Below are positions 24,487 through 38,966 of a stretch of DNA of 64,000 bases, piece after piece (within the stretch, counting starts at the first letter, position 1; each line of letters begins with the position of its first letter). Origin of the DNA: Lingula anatina. Its lineage: Eukaryota; Animalia; Brachiopoda. Position numbers and translations under genes: made by a program. The DNA is taken from assembly GCA_051362555.1 (NCBI GenBank), contig CM120641.1, forward strand, positions 34,540,401-34,604,400, read 5' to 3'. The notes beneath the pieces are model-generated. The model was not told the origin of the DNA. It saw only the letters and a program-made list of their open reading frames with translations, and did no database searches.

Positions 24487-27400
24487 TTAAAATAAGTTAA
24501 AGAAATAAGTGGAACCTGACTTAGGTAATCTTACCAGATAACTCCCAGAGAACTCTGTGTAATGATATGGCACCTGTGTTGTCCTCTTGCCAGTTGACAC
24601 AAGTAGAGCACCAGGAATGGCTGATGACGGTCCCTGAACATTTACAACCTCACCTTTATACAAAATGCCATGCCCATCTGCAACAAGACCATACTTAAAT
24701 GAATTGATTGTGCAGAAAATTGAATTATTGGCTCAAGTGTAAATATTAAATGCAGCTGTAGAAGACACATCAACCTGTATTTTGTGAGCATGTGATTTTT
24801 TTTTTTATTTTTTATTTTTTGTAAAATTTCATTTACAGCAGATAAACATATTTTAAGTTACTTATTTCTACCTAATACAGCAAAAGGTTTTATAATCCCA
24901 AACTATCACAAGCATGTGGTCCTCTACTTACAGAATTCAAAGCTGTGTTTCCTTGTTCATTTTTAAAGAACATGGAGCTGGAAGAAAGAACTGAAGAAAC
25001 CTATTGAGAACTGCATGTTTTAAGATCTATGTCATGTGTACGTACCAGAAAAACTTTCTTTCATTTTTCTTCTCTGTGGGAAACCATGTTTCATATTTCC
25101 AACAACAGTGTATTCCCGTTTGTTTGGAACTGGTGGAGGAGCAGTCACCTTATGTAACAAAACAATATTAATAGTGTACAAAAAATAAATACATTGTAAT
25201 TGGTGAAAATAGACACACTGAGCACTTGAAACTTTTATGGATCATGATCTTACATGTCAGAGGTATAAATTAAGAATTTCAGCAGTGCATGTACTAACCC
25301 TCCAGCAGGCAGACAGAACAGATAGAAAACCACATCCATATATATACATACCGTTTCTAGACCATAGACATTAGCAAAATGTTGGAATGTCTTTAGTTCT
25401 TCATCTGTCTTATTGCAGCTTATTTGGGACAGTGCACTTGGCTTGTAGCTGATGCAGGTGGCCGTTTTGGACCTTCGTCTGAAAAGTTACACATACAAGC
25501 AGTTGCATTTAACCCCTGAGAGTGTGCCCACATGAAAAGATTTAATGCCTAAAATTTCAGAAATGATTTAAATATAATGATGAAACACGTAGTAACGACC
25601 CAAATGCCCATCTCTAATAGTAAACAAATATATTATTTAATCCTCTACCTGGACTTGAATCCAGAAACGGGTGTTCTCCGTCTTTTTCTCATCTCTAATT
25701 GTTTCTTCAGCAATGGCCATCCTTTGACACATTTGACCCTCCTCCATGCAGTTTGAATCACAATGGCAGCTTGGTGAAACAATTCCTTCCTGGACTTTTC
25801 AAACTGTTGTCTGGCACTTTCACTGGAAAAGCGAAAAGTTAAAACACTATTTCACAATGAAAGCATTAACGAATACAAAATTTTAGAAGTACTGGATAAA
25901 AATTGGGTTCCATGTGCTTTCCATTACAACTGCATGTGGCTCATACTAATGGTTATGAAAAGTTTGTACAACTTTATCTTGTGTATTTAAAAAGCCTTTA
26001 CATTTTCATAAAAGCTATCTGGTTAAATAATTATACACTGTATCAACATGTTCACATAATGTGTAAAACATTACACTTCATTGCTGCAATATCTGTGTAT
26101 TTCTGAAACGGGAAATTTTTATTATTCTTAAAAAAAGGAACTTTTCTTACCTCAATTCGGTTTTGTGATTAACAAGAAATGATCCGTTTCATTTACTTTG
26201 TGATGATAATGAGTTCACAACAAAGACCAAAATGTCATCCATCGCTTCAAATAAGATAAGCCAGATGCGAAAATTAAACTCTTTCAAGATGAATTTTTCA
26301 ACCAGCAGACCTTTACATACCTGAAGAACACAGATCTCTTTCCAAACATCCAGTTGGCACTTGTATATGGCTGATCATTTTCGTCCATGATCTTAAGGTA
26401 GTTTTCTAGTACAGTCTAGTAAGTAATAATTTACACATTATAGGTCACGTGATGAGAACACAAGTATTTGAGGAAAATTTGATATTTTAGCATTTACATG
26501 AAGAAATGGTATCATTTCCTGTTTAAGTAAATATGATGACATTTTTTTTTTTTGGGGGGGGGGGGGGGGGTAACTGGTGAAGCTCAAATACAGGCCAACT
26601 TAATAAATAAAAAATGACATAGAAAATATTCTCAACACTACTTCTTCAGTTTAAATGTTTTGATCAAAACATACCTGACAAAAATAGTAATCAGTCTCTC
26701 TTTTTCATACTAATAATTATTTGTCTACAATCCTTTTGCTTATCAATTTGTCACATTTACCTTGCAAAGAATTTCTGGTTTTTCTGCACGCTTGTCTTTT
26801 CTTTTGTTAAATGGTATAAGAAACCAGTACCTGTTGCAAAATGATCTGAATCGCATTCTGTGAGGGAGGCCTAAAATGATGAAATTAGTTGATGTTTTGT
26901 GTCTTTTATGTTATCAAAATTTTCACTCTGCTGTGTACTGCTGCTGTTGTAGTGTATATTGTATTTGTGTAAAAATTTCAGCTTTCATATGTATTTCTTT
27001 TTCATTTAAGGAAAAAGCAAATTTTAAATTATGCCAAAGTAAATTATCTCCATTGTAAAATGAAGTACACAAAAATCAGAGGATTATTGTAGTGTCTATG
27101 CTTATGTATATCAATATAGTAAATTTGCCAATGCTATAGCTCTTAATCTCTGTGCACTGTTAACAACTAATTGCTAATCCTTATTTTGGTTACTTTTAAC
27201 AGTTCATGGTACTGAAGTGACTGTCCCATTAGCAGCCTTAATTGTTTTGGATGTTTCTCACCTCCAGCCATCAGCTGCACAGTTTCTGCTATCTGCAAAG
27301 CCCTGGTCTGTTGTAAAATGTGGTCCTCATCAAACATGCATGCCTCTCCCTTTAGGTTCGACTAGTAAGGAACAATTTATAAATGAAATTTCCTGACTTT

Positions 27401-30400
27401 GAAAACTCATAAATCAATGAAGTGTTAAAATCAAAAGATCTCTCAGATTGTTTTAAAAATTAATTATTCAGGTACCTGACTCTAAAATCAGATCACTTCT
27501 TATGAAATTATCCACAGTTTTTCTAGATGTGCTATTAATGACATTGTCATGTCTTTAATTAAAAATCAGTTCCTTTGTTTATTATTATTAGATATAATAA
27601 GGTGATCAAACCCCACTTACCTTAAGGCAGGTTATGAAGTGTGGCTCTGCAGAGGCTATCGCTTTCAGCAAATTGTCCAAACTGCAGTGAAAATCTTGTG
27701 AGAAAGTCCTACCTTGACTGCAAATAGATGAAAAGGGGATTTAAATTCCTTTCAATGTTAAAATTTAGTTTAATTCAGTGATGATCGATAATTATAAATT
27801 TACCAAACATATTTTGGTGACATTACATCCCTCATCAGTTACTTGATCCAGCTATGGAAAATACAGAACTTGGCAAATATAAAACAGTAGTCATTACTAG
27901 TCAAGGGCAATTTTACTGTAACATTAAAGATACAGAGAGCTTAGTTTTATCTCTTTTTGTGTGTGTGCAGTGGGAGGGGGTAAGGAGAAAATAGGACACA
28001 TACATGCAAGAAACCAAGGGAGGCTACCCCCTGAATTGGCCATCGCCCAGGTTATGTATATCTACAGGGTTGCCAAAATTATAGTATTCATGTCATTAAC
28101 AATAGAATATAACTCCTAAAACAATGAGCATCAACACAAGAGATGCATAAAATATCTATATAAATGATAGTTGAGTTGACAACCCTATACCAGCTTCCAT
28201 CAATTTCAGTGTCATATTTTCAGCATTTTTACCTGTTATCACATCCAGTTGCACCTGTGGATACCCTGTAGCAGCCTCCTCCAGTACCTGTGCGAAATCA
28301 AAATGTACAGTACAACGTATGCATTATATAATGCAGTACTTAAATTAAAGGTGTAAAGGTGAAGCATTAGCATAAAGGAAAAGAGGTACAGTTATAAATT
28401 GGACATTATGAATTTTACAGATACAGTAACTGTATTTTTAAGCACTATTTCTTAAAATTTGAACATCCTAATGAGTGGTAATAACAAAATTGAAAAGCAG
28501 TCTACTCTATAGCTCAATTTTATGTAGTAAAAGCACTGCAAATGCTATCTAAAATCTAATTTTTATGATTGTAAAATTAAGTATCTGAAAACATTGCTAA
28601 TTTTTGTACATTGAATAGATAGAGTGATTACTTTAAATGTCACAAAAATTAGAATAAACGGTACACAAATGCAATAATTAGAATCACTATTCAAATATTT
28701 TTAAATATAAACTTTTTATACAATGTTATAATACAATGCTATAATATGTTGTTACCTTGCATTTTTCTGAGCTCACTTGAAAACAAATGGGCTACAAATC
28801 CAAAATTACAGTTTTGTTTGGAGAAAATTCCTATCACATTTTCATCCAGTTCATCTATATTAGCTTCTAACATGGCTAAAGTATTGTATTTCACTGGGCA
28901 AGAATAATGTTTTATAATAAAGCTCTGGTTGTCCTCGTTGACTTCAATATATCTATAAAACGTAATATGAAAGATAACGGTGAGAGATTTAAGTGCTGTG
29001 GTTAATTTCCAGTTATACAGAGTAACACATTGTATGTGAAAGCAATTAAGTCAATTAAGCAATAAACATAATAAAATATTTATCATTATCATAACCGTAA
29101 ATATGTAACATTACTACAAGAAAAAGGGTAGTTAATACTCATTTTCAATATGTATATATACATGTTAATACATTTTATCATTTGATAAAAGTCTGCTCAA
29201 AATGCCCAGAACAAATCTTGCCCAGATGATGGCAAATGGCATGTAGAAACAATCTGACATGAACAGAAATGGTTACGGAAAGAACAATAATGATGTACAG
29301 TATACATAGAGTAATGGTAAGTGTAAAAACTCATAATGACCAACCATGAGTTGATTGTTTTAGTGCGTGTCAAGGCCATGGTAAAAAGATAAATGGGTAA
29401 ATATATAGGTGATAAATATTAATGGGGTTCTTACTTATTACTGTCTGTTCTCACTGCTAACTGCTGTTCTAGTGAGTGGAGAAAATCCCCGGCACTCCCA
29501 GTGTTGATGTTCACTGAATCAAGGAGGTGGAGAATGCCCGTTTTCTAGAATATTGATAAAATTGACATCTTGATTATTTTTGTGCGTGTGTTGGAGGTCA
29601 TTTTACAAGGGCAAATTGTTTTTTTTTTTCTTGTGTCTTTTCATTTTCAATTTTGTAACAACTAAGTAACATGTTAATCTTTTTCAACTTTGAGATGGAA
29701 ATGTTTCAAATTGCAGATTTACCTGTGATGAAATAAATGTAATAAGGGTAGCATTATCAAAAAATGGTATTTCCATCACATCTTGCAATCCCTCCTCTAG
29801 GTAGCTGTTTGCAGGTGTTCTAAAGACATGGCTGTTGTAGAAGTGTTGTATGGTCTCAGCACACAAGTTGGCACACATTTGCTCCAGTCCATTTTCCTAG
29901 TAAGAATTTAGATAGATATAAAATGTCTTGAACTGTGTACTGTGATAGCTCAAATTTTGCTTTATGCTACAATGTACATCATGGTATTTGTGCTAGCTGT
30001 TAAAAAATATTTTTGTAAAATTTTTGTTGTGATCAATTTAAAAGTCGTAGTAAAAAATGCTAGCTAGAACTTAGCATTTTTTTTAGTTTCACCTGTCATT
30101 TTTTTGAGGAAAGTTTAATTACTGGTTTCATTAATATGTAAAAGTAAATTTAAATAGCCGTTGATTGGGTTTCACACTTTGAAAATAAGGGATGAGATGA
30201 GAGCTGTTTATTTATTTTTTTATTTTTCAAATTTCTCTCCAATTTGCAGTAACCATCCCTATAAACCACCCCTAATTTGAAAAAAATAAATAAATAAATA
30301 ACAAAATTGGAATACATAAAAAAGAATATATAGTTGAACAACTACATGTAAAATATCTCTGAAGAAGGTACTGCAGTGTTTTAAGTTTGAAAGCATGCAC

Positions 30401-33400
30401 AAAATCTGATACGAAACCTGCAGATTTTCAAAACCAAACATCTCCAGTAATCCTATCACGCCCTCTTGTGGACCAATCCCAGGGGAGGCTGACTTCATAC
30501 TGGAGCTGGACCCTACAAATATCAATATTTATAAACATTTTACTGGATCAAAATGATTAATTTCAGAGGGGAGTGAAAGTTTATTCTGCTACAATGTGTT
30601 TTTTCTGAAAAGATATAAATTTTGCTAATCTTATATCTAGAACTTTATAGCTCTATAAGTTAATAAAATTAATATTAATATTTATAGCTCTGTAAGCTTA
30701 TAATCTTTTAAGATTAAAATGTATTTATAAGAATAAATAATAAGTAACTATTTGTGGTTTTGCTTAGTTCATTTAACTCTTGTGAATAGAAAAAAGGATG
30801 TATAGTGATTACCTAATCCTGTCATGGAGGTGTCACTGCTATCAATACTAAGGGAGAATTCAGAACTGAGGCGTCTCAAACTATTTGCACGTCTCACGAC
30901 AGCCATCACTGCACGCTTGTATAGCGCCTTGGCAAGGTCATCTCGGTTCTTGTAGGCCTGTGATTACCAAAAGTAAAAAAAGATAAGATATTAATATTGA
31001 AGTTAATACAATTAAGTGAAATAAGCTAAAATGAAATTGGATCCAAATTTGAGCTTCTAAATGAGATGGCTTTGTACTGCTGCCCAATTTATGAATACAC
31101 ATAAAAAAATACACCATGAAGTAAAAGCAATATATATTGCCAAGGTACATTACCTTAGATGGACATGCAGCTTGTTTGATAATGTCACCTTTTATGCTCT
31201 TGGAAACAGTTGTCAGGCCTCTGTACAGTGACAAACCAGATACACCAAGGAGACCAGCCACAGCCTTTATCTCTGGAAGATGAGACAGTTCTCAGCTCAT
31301 GAAAACTTTAGACTAAAAAGTTATTAATGGACTTCCGTCCTTATCTATATTTTACACTAATATTGCAAATGTTCAAAAATTCCCCAGTTTTGACATAATA
31401 TGTTTATAAGTGACAATGAATTGCCCAAGTTCACGTAGTGCAACATCTAAAACATACCACACTATGTGGGAGCTAGTCAGTTGAGTATACTGTAAAACAA
31501 CTGTATCTAATAAAATTGAGAGGTCCTTCAATATCTGAGGATTTTCTTCAGAGACAAAAAAAAAAAAAAAAAAAAAGACATACATACCTTGATGGGTTGT
31601 GACTTGTAGCTGTCCAAATCCATCTTGTTCAAACTGAACATTTCCTAACAATAAAACTGCAGCCAAGATACGAATTAAATCAGAAAAAGGGATTCCCAGT
31701 TCTGCCAAAGAAGCCTGAAAAAATATTCATGTAGTTATATTATTTCATGATATATACATGATTAAAGGTTGCTAAAAGTACCATTTATAAAGTTTTACCT
31801 TTTGTTTGTATGTATGTCATGCATGCTGCAAATTAAGAGATTTTATTAATAGTGATAAAGAGCCATTTAACACCAATAATTTAGTGTTATAAATCGTATA
31901 ACGATTAAACCCTAAAACATTACAACCAGATTTTTATTTAACTGCTTTTTAATTGGTGAATCTCACAACATTCATGCCATTATTTTTATAATAAACAAAC
32001 ACATTTGCATAAGTTATCTAGGGTCTAGACTACCTGTGGCTTTAATAAATAGGTCTCTAAGTCACTACTTCACATTTGTCTCAGTAAATAAACTAACCTT
32101 CCATGCATTATATCTCTCCTTGTCCATCTTTTCATCACACGAGTGACTGCCATCTTTCAGATAATTCAGAGACTGGATAGTGTGAGTGTCTAGATGAAAC
32201 TTGTCTACAAAATGAAACCATTTCAAACATCAAAATTAATCATAAAAGTTCTTTAGATGAAAAAAAATTGAACAAATTTAAGGGTACTTTATTTTTCATT
32301 TTATGTGCTGCAAGCTTTTTAATTTAAATCAGCATAATAATGATTCTGGAGGTTCCAATATCGTAGTTTATAGTTAAGAAATATAGATTTTTCTAACATT
32401 TGCTGTATCACAGAAGCTGCATCCATAAAAATAAGGACTATTATAGTTGTAAATTAAAATGGACTCTGTTGAAAAAAAATTAAGGTAGAGCTGATATTTT
32501 TGACATTTTTTTCCAATCCACTTTTCAGTATCTTCAGAGGCTGGCACTGACAGTTTATAAATAACATAAAGAACAAAAATGTCTAGATGAATGATGAATA
32601 TGTCTGAATTCCAAAAAATTAAAAAAAATAAAAAATTGGTACTCACTTCTTTCTTCTTTGCTCAGGCCAGCAAGCAACTGGTAGAATATATGATAGTTTT
32701 TACCTCTGGAACCAGCACCAACCGCTCTACCCTGTACAATGAATGGAAAAAGAGCTGCTTCATATATATATGAATATATATATTACCACAAATGAGGCAT
32801 GCTGTTTTATCTGAATGGTGACACTACCTTTTTCAGATATAAGTATAAAAACACTATTTTTGAAAAGCAAATTGTAATAATGGCCATTTAAACATGTATA
32901 AAAATAAAACTTATAGAGCTTATTCATATTAAAATTGTCCAATGAATATTTATTTTCACTATTTCACACTTTTCCTCCCACCTGATCTAGGAAGTAACAG
33001 TGGACTTTGGTTCTGTAAAGTAATCCATCTGCAACCTGGCTCTCAAAATAGTAACCCTAGAAATATTATTTGTTAAACAGTAAAAGATAAATATTATATG
33101 TGATACAATAAAAGAAAAAATATTTAGACTTGAAACAAATGAATAAAGCCATATGATTATCTGCAGCAAAAAGTAACTGCAATTTTATACATGACAAAGC
33201 TAGCTGGCTTATATGTTCAAGCTTTGACACATTTGAAGTTGATTTCATAGAAAAAATCTAAATAATCATTCATGGTCACATGAAGTGAGAAGAATTCAAT
33301 TAAAACATGTATGCACGGGTACACTTGGGGAATATCGGAGTTGTATATATTTTTATGGATCGTATAGAGTTGCTCAAAATGTTCAATAATCATGAAATCT

Positions 33401-36400
33401 ATAGCTAATTAGGGTTAATTCTGTGTCATACATTTCCATGAAAAACATGCTCACTATTCTCGTGGAATCTTGGTTCATGCTGGTTGCTGCACATCCCAAT
33501 GAGCGTAACACAGTGACGGTAGCACTGAGCTGTTTGTAGGCATCTGTTGCTATTCCCCCTCCCAGCACATCGTACATCTGCTGAAGCAGACCACAGATTG
33601 TGGAGGATTTCCCACTGCCACTTTCACCACTAAAAAAAAGGTCAGTGTGTTCACTGATTGGCATTCATCCTAGAAACTTTTGACAAGAAAAATTCAATAA
33701 ATGTAAGGGTATTAGAAAAAAGAAAAGAAAAGGGAAAGAAATATAGCTGAAGTCAGCTTTCAAGTATTATATGAGCCCATAGTCTGGGGGGGAGGGTTTC
33801 GGGGGGGGGGGGGGGGATTTGAAACGACGACCTCTTTGGGTGGAAAAGGTCCTCTGAATTAAAATTTTATCCATGATCTGGATCAACTAAGAGGGTACAT
33901 CAAGAGCCCCACTCTGAAATTGATGCCAATAGGGAAGGTTATTTGTACAGATTAAAGGGATAATATCTCTTCATTTTGGCCAAAAAATTAATTTTCCTAG
34001 AGTAAACAACAATTTTCCCATGCTTATCAATGGTTAATGAATCCATTTTTACATTCAAAGTTAGTCCCTGGTTTTTTCTAAAAAGTTTTTTTTTTTTTGT
34101 TATAATCTCTTAAGAGATTATAACAGAGTATAGCCATCAATGGAGGTCACGTGGTTTAAAGACAAGCTCAGATATCAGAATAATAGCTAAAGCAGAATCT
34201 ATTGTATTTCTATGAAATGCTCACAATGTTTTTATTGTGAAATATAGATCTCATACAAAGAGTTATTATCCCTTTAACTTTGTTGCTCTGATTTATACAA
34301 ATTACGCAGCACTGTCTTTAAATTCAGATTTAGCTTTCACAGTGCAATGGCTGCACGTTTCCCCCCTTGCTCTCCTCTACCTGTTAAGATAATTTAGACA
34401 TTTCCCTGCATGTATTTCAACTATGTTTAGCCTTTACAAATACATTAATTTATGTTTTTTTGTAGGTGTGCTATCTCTGTTGGCTTATTGTGGCACCTCA
34501 CTGGGTTGTATCATATGGTACAATTACATGCTTTCTTTCTTTATTTATTTAAGCAGATCATAATAAATGTATTTCTTTTGTCTTTTGTCTGTTTATCATT
34601 AGACTGCATTTTGGTTCTTAATAGCGCCTGAGGTATTTGCATATTGGGCATGATATTTAGTGTTGTTAGTCCAAGTACATTAACATGATGAACCAATTAG
34701 CTTATTCAAGACAGCGGTGCGTGTCAGTGATTCTTTATCACAGTTTTTAAAAGAGTTGAAGGAACCTTACCTGAGTGTGATGACTTGCGTGTGGGCAGTT
34801 TCAGCCAACTGTGCGGCAGCTGTTGTCACCATTTCTTTTAAATACTCTTGCCCTCTGATGGTTGAACACGCCAGAGGATGGGGAGGCAACACAGTATCAC
34901 AGGGATTAACAAGTAGCAGCACTGGACCCACTTTGGTCTGGAAGTAAGAGAAGAAAGACATTGTAGGGACATTCTTTCAGTATAAGCAATCTTATACCAG
35001 TATATGATATAATTATTGCAAAAGATGGCTTTTAGAACAAAATGTCTCATTAACATGTCTTTTGACCTTTTGACCATATCATGCATGACCAAATGAAAGT
35101 ATTCCATGAATCCTTAAATGCCACAAAATCATTTCAGAGCATGAAATTAGTACTTACAAAGTAAAGCCCCTTCTTAAATCTGCTTTGCAGCAACTTGATA
35201 ACAGCATCCTCATTCAAAGCTCCAACAAGCTGGGATAGGTCATCAGTGTCCATGGTTGTCATCTCGTTTGGCTTGCTACTGCCTAAATAGAAGTTTTCTA
35301 TCCCTATACAATTAAACACTAGGTTTAAAAACTTCCTCACACACAGAAAAAGACAAGATGGTTTTTATCACAGATATAGTGTGAAGGTAATGAGCATTAA
35401 TCTAAAGGTTCTGGTTCAGGGATAATCAGCTAATTACATTTGCATTAGCTGTCACGGCACATATCCCAAAAATGTGCTGTATATTTATTTTGTCAGACCA
35501 AAACATAAAGTAACACATTTTACCTCATTGAAAGTATACACAAACCAATGGCTGCAACATACCTTCCATGCATTTTAATAAAACCATAGTGAGATCATTT
35601 CATGAGTGGTCTGCTTTATTTCTCAGCTCAAAGATGTTGGGTGGGTGGGTGGGGGTGGGTCACGTCGCCAGCATCTGCCCCTTTGTCAGGTGATTGGATA
35701 GATTTACACCACACTGATGCGTGTCTCCTTCTTACCCCTCTCACTGTTTTTTTTTCTTTTGAATTTTAGCCTCCCCATCACCCCCCCCCCCCACACACAC
35801 ACACACACACAAATACACACACACATGCACACACACACTTAATATTTGCATGCTGTGCACCTGTATTTAGGTCTGCCAGCCTTAAATGTTGGGTTGACAC
35901 AAGTATTGTAGTGATCAAATGTATGTACACGTACCAGCATGTACAGGTTGTACTGATATTACAAATCATAACAATGTAAATTTGACTTTTTTAAGATCAA
36001 CCCAAAACAAGTCGCTTTCATGCTGTACTAACACAAAATGTTCCAACATTACGTACAAATACGTAAAAGAATGTCAAGTGAGTTAAATTTTATGTGTTCA
36101 ACTCCAGAGAGCAATTCAATGTGCTCCTATTATTTAACAATCCAAAATTTCTTTCAGTTTCACATAAAATTATCTTTCATTGAATGAGAAGAACGTACAG
36201 TCTCTGATCTCTCCCAGTGCAACAAAAATATACAGTGCATCAAACCTCATGAAAATTTGTTGTATTGCGATTTATCACAATTTTTAAAGTATATAACGCT
36301 ACACCGTCAACTTCACAATATTTAATGACGTTTTACCAGTTAAAAAATTCAAAATTCAAAGTCTTACCTGGCTTTGAGCTGGCCTGCGTTTCACACGAAA

Positions 36401-36608
36401 AACAGCATTTGGGCACAATAACATTCACTACGTCGGTCTCCGAACTTGAATTAATTCTGGGCTGCTCATGCACGTATTCCTGATACCTTGAACAGTTTAA
36501 CACGTTGTTTCCTGTTGTCACGTTGCCAGCATCTGCCCCTTTGTCAGGTGAGAATCCAATCGATTGGATAGATGTACACCACACTGATGCGTGTCTCTCT
36601 GGGTCCAT
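24487..36608 (-). CDS. dachs: Dachs-like unconventional myosin (class XX); about 23 exons, start and last exon uncertain
   Basis: Exons include 36368-36608, ~35156-35282 (DDLSQL), ~34771-34938 (TKVGPVLLLVNP), ~33454-33629 (SGESGSGKS...GGGIATDAYKQLSATVTVLRSLG), ~32982-33056 (DGLLYRTKVHCYFLDQ), ~32647-32730 (NYHIFYQLLAGL), ~31589-31714 (LGIPFSDLIRILAAVLLLGNVQF), ~30418-30511 (LEMFGFE), ~29703-29896 (LEQMCANLCAET), ~25045-25148 (PPPVPNKREYTVVGNMKHGFPQRRKMK) and ~24535-24677 (LYKGEVV..QVPYHYTE). These match Dachs-type signatures as recalled. Confidence 0.85.
35659..35727 (-). repeat. Intronic copy of a dachs first-exon segment (36517-36597)
   Basis: Direct repeat with about two substitutions and a 12-bp deletion. 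Confidence 0.85.
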
Positions 36609-38966
36609 CTGCTCTTTTTTTAAGTATGCGGCTCGGGTTCGTTGGCAGCATCTGCGCTCCACGATGAGTGACAGCTCGGACGGCTAACAGTAAAATCCGC
36701 ACCTCTTTACCTGCGTCAATTACTACAGAGAACAATAGTCCAAGTTGCCTTGTGCCCTGAAGCAGGTGGGTCTTCATACGAACAAGACAGCATAATATAT
36801 TCCGCGATCTCCTCACATACTTCCGTGTACAATCATCCGAATAACAGGTTTGATAAGTCGAACTTGAAAGTTAGACACCCGTTTTCAGTGGAAGACAGAG
36901 GAAGGATTATCCAATTTTTATCTCCTACCGGTAACAGCGTAGTTGTCAGTAAAATACGCGATACTCCATTCAGAAATATGTAAGGCTATATTACCTTATT
37001 AATGGGTACATTAGTTTCCTACGCTATTTTCGAAAATTTTACTAAATCGCTAACAGTTAAATATGTGTCATGACGTTTAGACAGAACGATCTCAAGTCAC
37101 CCACACACACCTTGTCAACACCCATTTGGACATTTATCATCTGTAAATTCACCCTTATCAGTTTTCCCACTATCCTTTCACTTTTCCCTTAAAGGTAAAA
37201 GTGACAGGCAACATCTTACAAATAGTTTTAATAGCTTTTGGTTGCAAATAGCGCCTTTGTTTGTATCATGCTACACCTATGATTACTACTCTACATGTAC
37301 ATCTACAGCCGCGTCACGTTGTCAAAACGAGTGTCACTGAGGTCAAGAAGAAAACTGAAATCTCTGCGTTTTTATCTCAACAAGCTAGCTTCTCATCGAA
37401 AAAAAAAACTGTTTGCGCGTTCAGTCTTTACGTTAAAAGTTATGCAAAATGTGATTTATAATCAAAGACATAAAAAGACCCCCCACCCTTTTTGTTATCG
37501 GGGATCTGTTCGTGCCGTATCACAAACAGTTACCTGTACGTAATAATTTTTTTTTTAGTTGTCAAATTTTCGACTTACTACGCCAGATTTCACCAGGACA
37601 TCTACCTATCAGTTTTGGGCAGGTGTACGACGCACAGGTGTCTTATTATATGTGTAGTATGCTAAAGGCGTCCGGGAATTTAATGCGCCGAAGTCAATTT
37701 CTCCTACAAATTAAGACGCGACCCCTCCCTGCACTTTGATTTAGGTGTATTATACTATTTCTGTTTAGATATTTTAGTTTAAATGTCTGACCAAAGAAAA
37801 AATACCGACATCAGGTAATTTTATTTTAGGTGTTTCAATACATTTCCTAGGTTTGAACAGAGAAAGATGAGTGACTTTGCAGGAACACGAAGTTCACATA
37901 TGAAACTGGAAAAAAATGAACCAATTCCTTCATTGGCACTTCAGTTGCGAGGAATGGCAACATGACAGCAATAGTGTACAGAAAAAAGACCCATACCTAT
38001 CGATGCTTGACATTTAGTTCAAAGCATCCGTTACACCAAAAGTTGGGAGTAGTCACAATATTAAGAGACAGATGTGACAAGATTGTAACTGTTCTGACTT
38101 AGAAAAAAAAATGGAAAAAAGGACATCACTACGGACGCATTGAGAATAAGTAGCTACGGTAATTGGTCAGTGAATACAGAAGAGGGCATGATGAGAACTG
38201 GAGAAGAGAAAAACAAAAATAGCTGGAGAAGAGAAAGAACAAAGAAAACGGGAAAGAGGACAGGAACAAAGAACGTGTCACCGTTCTCTTCGTTAGTAAT
38301 CTAATGGAAATTCCCAGAATACGGAAAAAAAAGAAAAATTCTCTGCAGTTACGAAACCAAACTTTTCTATCAGAAAACTTAGAATGCACCATAGAGACAG
38401 TCTAGAGCAAAAGATGGAGTATACATCATGGAATGCAAAAATTGTGATAAACGATAAACAAGAGAAAGAAAGAGCTCGTTGAACACAAAGAGAAAAGATC
38501 ATTTTTAAATTATAAAAAAATGGATCAAAAACATGTCTTCAGGCTCTACTACCAAGGACAAGCAAAGTGTGTCAGAGAAAAATATGCGGTGTTCTGATCG
38601 CAACTTGAACTTCTGGCAGTGTAAATAGCATATAGCTTGTACGTTTCCATCAAATATGTACCATGCACTTACGAAACTAAAAAGGTGACGTAATTCCCCC
38701 GATTTCATTGCATAATGATTCCATCTCTCGTTGCTTGGCACAGTTTGACGTAAGCAAATCCTTGCAGTGAGTGGGGCACGTTTTATGACGTGAAACGTAA
38801 CGTCACAGTCGTTGCTGTCAGTTGTCATAACAGAAAACGTCATGCTACGTTTCACAGTTTATTATGACAACGGGTTTGTCTTGTTGACAGATAGAGTGTT
38901 TTCTTTATTTCGTTTGAAACTTTATAATTGATGATGGCGAGTGTATCAATGGTATAACTATTTACA

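Noticed and set aside
37850-38640. Purine-rich, coding-looking stretch upstream of the tetraspanin
   Set aside because: The plus-strand frames checked are interrupted by stops and no motif is recognisable. It may be UTR or decayed sequence.
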